Positions 55,951 through 64,000 of a DNA stretch of 64,000 nucleotides are shown here, piece after piece. Within the stretch, counting starts at the first letter, position 1; every line of letters starts with the position of its first letter. The notes under the pieces are model-generated. The model was not told the DNA's origin. It saw only the letters and a program-made list of their open reading frames with translations, and searched no databases. This stretch comes from Trypanosoma brucei (lineage: Eukaryota), in assembly GCA_000002445.1 (NCBI GenBank), contig CM000207.1, positions 1,024,001 to 1,088,000 on the forward strand, given 5' to 3'. Made by a program: the position numbers and the translations under genes.

Positions 55951-57039
55951 ATGACACCAACAGTAACCCCTCTACAGTTACCTAAGAGGGAGGGAGTGAA
56001 GCCCTTTCCCGATGCACCGTTAGGAGGAGCGGCCGTAGAGCCGCATGCACTGCCTCCAAAGCCAAGAACCCGGGCTTCCAGCGTAAACGATGGGAGGAAA
56101 AAGACGACCAGCTACCCTTCGTACATGAATCCACTGAAGCTCCCCACGAAAGCTATCGTCTGGACAAACAAGCCCCCAGTTAAGCCCAACAAAATTTCCG
56201 TGTCACTTGAAAACTTTGAGGATGCTCCGAGAATCAAAGGTGTTTTTAACAGTCCTCGAAGCCTCAAGGCGTGTGAGATCGCAGTCGTTGATCCACGCAA
56301 CCTGCTAAAGCGCCCTCTCTCTCACTTTGAAGGAAAGGGTGTCCCCGAAACCCTTGCGCAGATGCGGCACACATACTACGAAAACAGAAGGAAAACTAAA
56401 TTGGAGGAAGTGCGCCGGATTCGTGACGGACTACCTGTTGAGGTTCCTCAGGAAAAAGAGGATGAACAAACTAACGTCAATGGGCGAACCCCCTCAGTCA
56501 ATAATGGTCATCGGGCCCCACTACTAAGGGAGAGAAGTCCCCCACCAATGGTCCGCCAGAGAACGCCTATGCGTCGCTCTACGTCCTTTGGTTTCTGTTC
56601 TCGCAGCAGCAGCAGCGCTCCATATAAGGTTGGAGGGGAGAAACCTTATCCTCCCTCACGAAGAACCACGTTGCACGGCGCTGACGGGCGTTCCCCGTCA
56701 GTGGGCGCCCTGAAGGTTCTGAATCGCGCGATGAGTGAGAACCGTTCCCTCTCCGCCGCGGATTACGACATGCTAAGGCGCATTGAGGAGCGTGAGGAAA
56801 GAGCAAACGAGGCCAGGCAACGTGCGGAGGAGATGGAGGCGGCCCGTGAAAGGGAGTTGCTAGAGAGAGGGCTCCGGAAAGAACTTCACGGAATCAATAA
56901 GCTCATCGAGAGGGAAAACGAGAGGATCAGCGCCGTGCAGATGCGCCGGCAGAAACTGGAAATGCGGTTGCAGCAAGCGCGTGAGCGCCAGAAGCGGAGC
57001 GAAGAGGAACGTCTCGGCCAGTGGAACGCTAAGCGCTAG
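55951..57039 (+). CDS. Hypothetical basic protein (362 aa) with a C-terminal Arg/Glu-rich predicted coiled coil
   Basis: The track start is GTG 55909; the first ATG is at 55951, after 'caattttttttcatag'. The C-terminus ERANEARQRAEEMEAARERELLERGLRKELHGINKLIERENERISAVQMRRQKLEMRLQQARERQKR has a heptad-like pattern. Confidence 0.65.
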   Translation: MTPTVTPLQLPKREGVKPFPDAPLGGAAVEPHALPPKPRTRASSVNDGRKKTTSYPSYMNPLKLPTKAIVWTNKPPVKPNKISVSLENFEDAPRIKGVFNSPRSLKACEIAVVDPRNLLKRPLSHFEGKGVPETLAQMRHTYYENRRKTKLEEVRRIRDGLPVEVPQEKEDEQTNVNGRTPSVNNGHRAPLLRERSPPPMVRQRTPMRRSTSFGFCSRSSSSAPYKVGGEKPYPPSRRTTLHGADGRSPSVGALKVLNRAMSENRSLSAADYDMLRRIEEREERANEARQRAEEMEAARERELLERGLRKELHGINKLIERENERISAVQMRRQKLEMRLQQARERQKRSEEERLGQWNAKR

Positions 57040-57757
57040 TGCCTTTGTGGAACAGAAATTTTGATGCAAAAGGGAAGGAAAGAAAGTGGTAGCAGTTAAG
57101 GGATTGGGGAGGAGAGACTGTAGCTGATTAGTTATAAAAATATGATGAGGAAAATAAATAAACGTGCATATGTAGTTTTCCTTTCTTTGTTCCACTCTGC
57201 CCCATTTGTTGTGGTATTTTTAGCGCGCACTTTAGCGTCTGTTGTTCCTAACGTTGTCACTAGCTCGCTCCATATTCGTGTTCACGAGTATGTTGCCTTT
57301 CATTCGTGCATGACGAGCAAGCAAATTAGTTGCCAATAAGTGACGTGGTGCCGAATGTACAAATCCCCCTAAGAAAAAGGGCACCGAAGGATAAAAACAG
57401 GAGGGGAGGAGAAGGGGTAAAGTGTGAATGGCTGATTTTATTGTACGATTTCCCCTTTTTTTTATTTTTTCCTGCCTTATAATCCTAGGGCATAACGCCA
57501 GCGGAGTAATTTTGATACATCGGTACACTTCTATACACGTGCGTACGCACATACAGGGAAAGAGGGGTGAGGGCGTTATGAGAGGCTGGAAGGGTAGGGA
57601 TAGTTACGCTACCACTGCGTGCATTTGTTATGTGCTTTGGCCGTTTTTCCCCAAGTCCTTTGACGTACGAACCCTGACCCCTCTTTTCTCTCTTACCTCT
57701 TTATCCTCATTTGCACTTTTTTTTTTGCTTCAAAAATGTGTACCACCCTTTAGAGCA

Positions 57758-58579
57758 ATGTCTTCGGCTAACTCGGAGGTACGTAACGGTGGTTCATCTT
57801 CAGTTGCCGCCGCGCAACCCCGTGCGGCATCGCCCGCGAAGATCCCCGTGAAGGTACCCTACTCACTTGCCAAAGTTCCAATGCCGCGGCTTGTACCGGC
57901 GAAGATGCCGGCACCAAAGCGAGCAGCTGAGAGCGAGGCTCAACATCGCGGCAACAGGGAAGACAGTGACGACGCTCTGCTTGAGTCCTCCGCACCCTCT
58001 AAAAAACCAAAGAAGGAGGAGTCAAAAAAGGCTCCTCTAGTGGAAACGGAGTCTAGCAGTAGCAGCGAGTACAGTTCTTCTGACAGCGATGATACCGATG
58101 CTAGTGACAGCGAAAGCGAGGGCTCGAAAACGTCTACAGTTTCCGATTCAAGTGACATTTCGGACGACGAAGAAAGCGTTTCTGAGGACAATCTGACATT
58201 TTTTGAATTAGCCGAGAGAAGCGGCCTCATGAATGATATCAAGAATAAGGTAAACTCTGGGGAAGGGGAACAGGAGGAGGAGGAGGAGGTGCACATCGAC
58301 GGGAAGCCACCACGGCCCAAGTTTCTTCGTAGCTTTCCTCGCGATATTGAGGCGGAAATCGGGAAACACGAGAAACGCCTCAAGGATGTTGAGAATATGT
58401 TAAAAATGAAACAGGATAATAAAACTGTTTCGTTGGGCACAAGTAAGGTAAATTATATAGACCCACGGATTGTGTGCTCCTGGGCCAACGAGAACAACGT
58501 CCCCATTTCGAGGCTGTTTTCTGCGACACTTCAAAAAAAGTTCCCTTGGGCACTGAAGGCAAGGGACTTTACGTTTTGA
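57758..58579 (+). CDS. TOP1S: DNA topoisomerase IB small (catalytic-tyrosine) subunit of the kinetoplastid heterodimeric TOP1
   Basis: The C-terminus LGTSKVNYIDPRIVCSWANENNVPISRLFSATLQKKFPWAL is collinear with the human TOP1 C-terminal domain [42 protein letters not shown], including SKxxY (Tyr codon 58454-58456). The ~270-aa size and Ser/Asp-rich N-terminal half fit the trypanosomatid two-subunit enzyme. The in-frame ATG at 57758 (MSSANSE...) is chosen over the track start 57428, which lies in a hydrophobic pyrimidine-rich stretch. Confidence 0.85.
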   Translation: MSSANSEVRNGGSSSVAAAQPRAASPAKIPVKVPYSLAKVPMPRLVPAKMPAPKRAAESEAQHRGNREDSDDALLESSAPSKKPKKEESKKAPLVETESSSSSEYSSSDSDDTDASDSESEGSKTSTVSDSSDISDDEESVSEDNLTFFELAERSGLMNDIKNKVNSGEGEQEEEEEVHIDGKPPRPKFLRSFPRDIEAEIGKHEKRLKDVENMLKMKQDNKTVSLGTSKVNYIDPRIVCSWANENNVPISRLFSATLQKKFPWALKARDFTF

Positions 58580-59842
58580 GTTGCCGAAACAGAAAGGTAC
58601 CACAAGTTGATGGAGGGGAGCGCTAAATGTGTGTGCTGTGTGTGCGTTTTTCGAAAACCTCAGTTAAACTTGCGAGAGAGAGAAAGAGATAGCAACAACA
58701 TTTGAGAAGGTAATAGCGGCTCGGGTTTAAAGCCGGATTCAGCGGAGACAGAAGGGGGAAGGTGAGATAACTTTTTTTTTTTTTTAAAGAGCCCCCTTTA
58801 CTATATTTTTCTTTTCCCCACTTTCACGTTTGTATTCGTGTGTGTTTAATAGACGGTTCCGCTATTGTGGCTACGCTACCTACGCTAGCGAACACGCTGG
58901 TACGAAAATTGCGGTCACATCGTACATACCTCTGTCTAGTCACCGCCGCACCGCTCGTTCAGGCACCTCACTCCCATTCTCTCGTTGCCTAATACACCGT
59001 GAGCGCGGCCGTGTCGGGTACTGACACACATGCGGCGATCTTTCGTTCCGTACACACTGTTTGTGTGCCACATTTGATGGGGTTTTCCCGTCTCCATGAT
59101 GATCGTTATAACCCCTTGTCTTCCAAAGGTATGAGAGGAAAAAGTATGAGAAGAAGGCACTGGAAGTAACCGCCCTGACTTCTTCACCGCGGACAGCTTC
59201 CGTTGTGCCACCTTTCCCCCTTTTAACCCTGATATTACAATATCTTTTTATTTAAGTGTTTCTCCCTTTTTTTAATTTCATGTGCGCCTGGCTGTTGGTT
59301 GTCTTCATCCATGAGCTTTCGTGTCCATAACGCGCTCGGTGCGAGGTGATTTCGCTCTTCCTAAAAATTTTTAGGGCTCATGCGTTTTTTAACCTTTGAC
59401 GAAATACGGGCAACAGTGGAGGAGAAACACCCCGACCCACCTTGTGTGTTTCTCGACAGGAATGACACTGATCGCCGTTGTGTCCCGCCCCCTGGTCGAA
59501 AACTGCTTTTGATGATGTCGTGGGCGTGGGAAGGTTGGCTACTCAAAAAAAAAAAAAGAAAAGCCTTTGACTTGTCGCAGGACACGCAGATAGACGTTCC
59601 GCTTTTTCTGCGTGGCTTGTTCTTTCTTTCTCACCCTAGCTGGGAACACTGGGAGGCCTTTGTTTATCCGTTGTTGCCGTTGTTGGCCCCGCGCTCCCCT
59701 ATAGGCGAGCTACTTCGGCTCCACGCAGTTACCCTTTATCATTATTATTATTATTTTTCTGGTTCATGCATCTTTCTCTTCTCTGAACTCTTTCCTTTAA
59801 GACTCCCCACAAAAAGTCCCCGCGTCAGCAGCCGTCAGCCAG

Positions 59843-60865
59843 ATGAACTCCCCTCACGACTCGGGGCGCTCATCCGCAACGAGTACGGCGCATTCTGTGG
59901 GTTCATTGGGCGATAGCGGTGGGGCACAAAAAGATCATTCTAATCCGCTCCCTGAGAAGGAAGATGAGGAGGGCGTAGCATGGGATGAAAGGCTCAGGTA
60001 CTTTGTTGGCGTTGTGAAAAGTGCGTTCGATGCCATGAGGTCAGAGCAGCGGCTATGCAATGGCTCTGTTTGCTCCAAGCGGTTGCAGGATCGAATAGAG
60101 TGGGACTACCCAGCTGAATATGCCACATTTGTCAACGGTTTGTTCAACCGTTCGTGGGACCGTTTCCTTGAGGCAAAAACAGATATTGTCTGCTATCCCC
60201 ACAATGAAGGCGGTGCGGAGTCCAACACCAAGTGGTTGATGGCCCATGGTTCTCTGCGTTGTCGACTGCGGACAGAGGATATAAACCGCGTTCGGGATGC
60301 AGATGAAATGCTGGGGCGAATGGTTCGCGACAAGTGCTTGTGGGATCTGGAGGATGCCTGTCGCTCTATCCTTATGGAGGTGTTTCTCTCCATGGATGCC
60401 TCTGCCATTGTGTGTAAGGGGTGCATGCGACTGAACAAGAGTGAACAGTACCATCTTGGGAGTTTGGCGGTGTGGGAGCCCATCCTTGCAAGGTTATGGG
60501 GCCGGCAAACTGTTGGTGGTGCTGTGCGACTTCGTGACATGGAGCGCCCTTCCCAGCAGCTGGGGTTTCACGTCCGGCTGAGGTGCCGCTGGACGGAGCT
60601 TCTAGGGAACAATCTTCTCGCAAAATGCATATGTGGATCTGTTCTCCGCGTTTTTCTTAATGTTGAAAAGCCAGAAATGCTCCCTGTCGCGGGTGCCGGC
60701 GCAAGGCCTGCGAAGGAGGAGTTGGCGGTGAAACTACATCAGCCGTCTGGCGAATTGATTGTGGCTCTAGGCGACACTGGTTTATGGGGCCGCCGGCCTC
60801 CGTCCTCCCAGCCGAATCCCCCCTTTTTGGCCTGTTGCAGGGGATACCCGCGTCACACGAGATAG
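59843..60865 (+). CDS. Hypothetical protein (340 aa)
   Basis: ATG at 59843, downstream of a polyY tract (attattattattatttttctggttcatgcatctttctcttctctgaactctttcctttaag). No recognisable domain; all antisense ORFs are short. Confidence 0.65.
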   Translation: MNSPHDSGRSSATSTAHSVGSLGDSGGAQKDHSNPLPEKEDEEGVAWDERLRYFVGVVKSAFDAMRSEQRLCNGSVCSKRLQDRIEWDYPAEYATFVNGLFNRSWDRFLEAKTDIVCYPHNEGGAESNTKWLMAHGSLRCRLRTEDINRVRDADEMLGRMVRDKCLWDLEDACRSILMEVFLSMDASAIVCKGCMRLNKSEQYHLGSLAVWEPILARLWGRQTVGGAVRLRDMERPSQQLGFHVRLRCRWTELLGNNLLAKCICGSVLRVFLNVEKPEMLPVAGAGARPAKEELAVKLHQPSGELIVALGDTGLWGRRPPSSQPNPPFLACCRGYPRHTR

Positions 60866-62484
60866 GAGCCCCATTAGCATTCAAACGGAAAACTGTGCAC
60901 GTGTATTAGGGGAGACGTTCCTTTTCTTGTTGGTGCTTGAATTTGTATCCTTTGGGATGAGCAGCGTCTGCTTCATGTTGTTCTTGTTCCTTTTCATGGT
61001 TCCAGAGGCCGACATTTCCCCACGAAACAAAGAGATCATTGAACAGCATCCCCGAGTCCTGCCACTCTTACTTTTTAAATCATTTGCCGCGTTTTGCGCC
61101 GATGGAGGGCACATGACCGCCCCCTTAATTATGTGAGGTTCTGTACCTTATTATTATTTTTTTTTGATTTTTAACCTTCGGCTTTATTTATCGTTATTAC
61201 TGGCTTTCTTTTTTTGTTGTGTGTGTGTGTGACAGCTGCCACTGTCCTGAATGTAATCGCTTCAACTGTGCCTTACTTACTGATCCTCCCACCACCACGT
61301 CCTTTTTCTCTGTTGTTTTGGACGGAGAAAATATTTGCGTGTGTGAAAGGAGGTTCGTAGTCATCGGGCAACAGCTCCCTTCAGTGATGGTGAACCAGGC
61401 ATGCTTTTACTTACTTTTTTTTCAAGTTGCGTTAACAACGCATTTAAGTTGACGTCTGTGCGTCTATTAGTTGCTGTACATTTTTATCCCTTTCGGTTTT
61501 GGTCTTGCTGGTGGGTGTTGTTTGAGCAACTAAGTGGGAATGCACCTTGTCGGAATTTTGTTGTTATTTTATGCGCGAAACAGGCACCGCTCAATAGCTT
61601 TAATGTAAATATGGCTTCTTTCTCTTATTCTTTGTGCCCCCTGGCGGCGTGCCTATTCTTCTTTTGTTGTTCTGTTTTTCGGTATCCTTTCGACGCTTTT
61701 CACTTTATTGAGCAAGTCGCTTTCAGCGTCTGTTTCCATTTCCACTTCGAACGGCGTACTATTGTGTTTTACTTTTCCTTGGGTACTTGTTTTCTTGGCG
61801 TGTGCTGTTACACCCTGCCATATCTTTTTTAACACACTCTTCATTATTCTACTTTTTTGCCCCCTTCCACTTCTTAAATGTTTGTTATTTATTTGCTATT
61901 ATTATTATTTTTTTTTTTGCACCTCTCATGTAAACTCGTGCGAAGTACGGGGTGGAAAGAACGGTCTACACTTCCCACCCTCTTATTGTCCGTCTTTAAT
62001 CCAGACGTGGCATTTACCAATATCAACAATGACAATGGGCGTTATCACTGCTTACTTCAGTGGTCTAATTAATCTTGTTCGTTTAACTCCGTACTCGCTG
62101 TTGAGACAATGCAGAGTGTGTGCTACTTTTCTTTTATTTCCCTTGCGCCCCGTGCAAGTCGTTGAGACACATGGTTTCCCTGCTCTCACCGACGTTGGTG
62201 AAGGTGCACACACATCGCGGCGGTGGTACCCGCCGCAAAACATGGCGCTTGGAAGCATATTTTTGAATAGGAGCGGATTACCGCTTGCTTTACTTCCTGC
62301 GCTCCGCTCCTGCATACGCTAACCATTATCATTAATATAACTGCACGATAAGGCGGTGTCTTCCCATCACCTGTCCTCTTCACGCATCTGTGTGCAGACT
62401 TCTGTCCTGAATAAACGCCATTGGTTTCCCTTTCCATTTTTTACGTTTAAATTAAAAGTTGTGTGGGCGGTGTTTAAGGCTACG

Positions 62485-63186
62485 ATGGAACCTAAGAGCG
62501 TCGAGGAGTACAGCCAGCAGAACTACTGGATTGGCAGATATGAAGTGGAGGAGCAACACGACTGGTTTTTGTCGGTTCGACAACCAACCATAGCTGCCCT
62601 GTGTGATGAATTGCTGAAGGTGTTTCAGCAGCGTGAGAGGCTGCACTCCGCCGACGGTAACGTGGAGGGGGACCAACCAGCTCTACGTGTACTTCACTTA
62701 GGCACTGGTAATTCATCGCTCTGTATGGATCTGTACGAGGCCGTACGTGAGCGTCAACTTCCATTCGCACTGCATCAGGTAGCTATGGACTATGCGCCAA
62801 ATGTTATTGAGAGGATGCAAAGCAAGTATTCACCTGATATTCTTCCCAACGCCCAGTGGATCGTCGGTGATGTACGCAAGCTGGAGGAATTCCGTGAGTA
62901 TGGTCCATTCGATGCGGTGATCGAAAAGGGAACGATGGATGCCATTGAAGCGGACAAAAATAGACCGGAGATGAAAGGGGATGTTGAGGCTATGCTCCAT
63001 GGTGTGGACACGCTTCTGAAGCACGCGAAAGGTTATGGCGCATTTTTGCAGGTTACGTGGGTGGCACCGCATCTCCGATTGCCATACACAAAAGGAGATG
63101 CGTTCGCGTGGGGTGACCAGGTGCGTTATAGCCTTCTTGGGGAAAGTGATATTTACAGGCTGTTTGTTTACACGGTCAGGGAATAA
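62485..63186 (+). CDS. Class I SAM-dependent methyltransferase, EEF1AKMT4 / METTL13-N-like (putative eEF1A lysine methyltransferase type)
   Basis: The track start is GTG 62356; the first ATG is at 62485. YSQQNYWIGRYEVEEQHDWF, motif I VLHLGTGNSSL, acidic post-I, and FDAVIEKGTMDAI are collinear with the ECE2/EEF1AKMT4 MT domain (Y..YWD.RY....EWF ... VL.LGCGNS ... FD.V.EKGTLDA). Confidence 0.8.
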   Translation: MEPKSVEEYSQQNYWIGRYEVEEQHDWFLSVRQPTIAALCDELLKVFQQRERLHSADGNVEGDQPALRVLHLGTGNSSLCMDLYEAVRERQLPFALHQVAMDYAPNVIERMQSKYSPDILPNAQWIVGDVRKLEEFREYGPFDAVIEKGTMDAIEADKNRPEMKGDVEAMLHGVDTLLKHAKGYGAFLQVTWVAPHLRLPYTKGDAFAWGDQVRYSLLGESDIYRLFVYTVRE

Positions 63187-63597
63187 CAACTCCGTGGGGG
63201 CTTTTCCCTTTAAAGTTTTCCCACTTTCCAAAACAATTAGCGAACGACCTCATGCATCTGCAACATAGGGACGGGGGCGATAATACTCACATGCGTATAT
63301 ACATTCTTTTTATTTTTCTGTTTGTTCCTTTTTTTTTGAAAAAAAGGAACGCTCTCAACACTAACGCAGAACGCACTTTTGCCGTTTGCACCGCAAGAGA
63401 AGAGTCCTGTTTAGACCTCTATTCCCTAAAACGTTGTTTTATACTTTGTGCCTGAATTCCTTTTCGCTGTTGATGCTCTCGTCATTGTTGTGGGAGGGGG
63501 GGGTTTCGCACTATGGAGGGGTGGGGGGTGCTGCTTTGAGGGAAAGGTACGCCAATCTCTCTCGTTATTTCTCTGACAACAGTAAGGTCAATACAAC

Positions 63598-64000
63598 ATG
63601 GCACTCACGCTGATACCGCGCTGCCTACAGTTCTGCACCCGCCACGCTTTTCCAAGCCTCACGCGAGGTCCGGTAACACCAATGCTGTGGTACTGCACAG
63701 GAAAGAAGGAAGGCACGTCACGGGGGAGTGGAAAGGGCAAAACATCGAGTAAGAAAAAGCGTAAGAGTGAAGGGAACTCCAAAAAGGTGAGGAAAGAGCC
63801 TGACGCGGGCGAATCTACGGTTCCGTGCGTACCAACCACACCAGATGTGGTTTCTCAACCCACGGCTTCTCCTCAAATTGTTGAGAAAATCAAAGAGACT
63901 TGTTCTTCCACAAGCAGTTGGTGCCCTACGACACAAGATTATGAAGCACTTATAGTGGACATGCTTCTGTATCGACAAGAAACGGTGGAAGCAGTGGTGG
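63598..64000 (+). CDS. 5' part of a further + strand gene running off the window end (Lys/Ser-rich basic N-terminal region)
   Basis: ATG at 63598. The frame is open through 64000 (>134 codons, not in the ORF track because no stop is present). Sequence MALTLIPRCLQF ... KKKRKSEGNSKKVRKE. Confidence 0.45.
   Translation, partial: MALTLIPRCLQFCTRHAFPSLTRGPVTPMLWYCTGKKEGTSRGSGKGKTSSKKKRKSEGNSKKVRKEPDAGESTVPCVPTTPDVVSQPTASPQIVEKIKETCSSTSSWCPTTQDYEALIVDMLLYRQETVEAVV

Noticed and set aside
1-64000. Non-ATG (GTG/TTG) ORF-track starts at 22, 15580, 30153, 32203, 50966, 51750, 53830, 55909, 62356
   Set aside because: These reflect permissive start-codon rules of the ORF finder. Genes were re-anchored to the first in-frame ATG downstream of a polyY-AG signal rather than treated as alternative initiation.
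1-64000. CRISPR arrays, prokaryotic operons/defence islands, rRNA, SL RNA, U-snRNA, 7SL
   Set aside because: No direct-repeat/spacer architecture, Shine-Dalgarno-spaced operons or conserved RNA signature strings (e.g. SL 'aacgctattatt', U6 'gcaaggatga') were seen. The locus has eukaryotic (kinetoplastid) polycistronic architecture.

Overview
This 64-kb window looks like a trypanosomatid nuclear chromosome segment, most likely a Trypanosoma species. Evidence from the sequence: about 22 intron-less protein-coding genes all on the + strand; intergenic regions full of polypyrimidine tracts followed by AG dinucleotides (trans-splice acceptor signals) and microsatellites; no prokaryotic operon features, CRISPR arrays or rRNA genes. 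Recognisable products are: an AAK1/NAK-family kinase homologue with degenerate catalytic motifs, DxLF motifs and 75-bp tandem repeats; a twin-Cx9C (CHCH) protein; an AlaX/AARSD1-like tRNA-editing domain protein; an F-box-like protein; a 2550-aa helical-repeat protein; a FAD-dependent monooxygenase next to a family-16 lysine methyltransferase; an SRSF3/7-like single-RRM SR protein; a phosphodiesterase-like protein lacking the HD metal-binding motif; a Cys-less rhodanese-like protein; the catalytic small subunit of the kinetoplastid two-subunit topoisomerase IB; and an EEF1AKMT4-like methyltransferase. The most unusual structural feature is a 13.5-kb gene desert (37.5-51.0 kb) holding a single candidate minus-strand gene for a signal-peptide/Cys-containing protein, flanked by GT-rich microsatellites. 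I interpret this as an embedded transcription termination/initiation pair. Several ORF-track starts are GTG or TTG and were moved to the first in-frame ATG that sits downstream of a polyY-AG signal. No tRNA, snRNA, SL-RNA or rRNA genes could be identified by eye.
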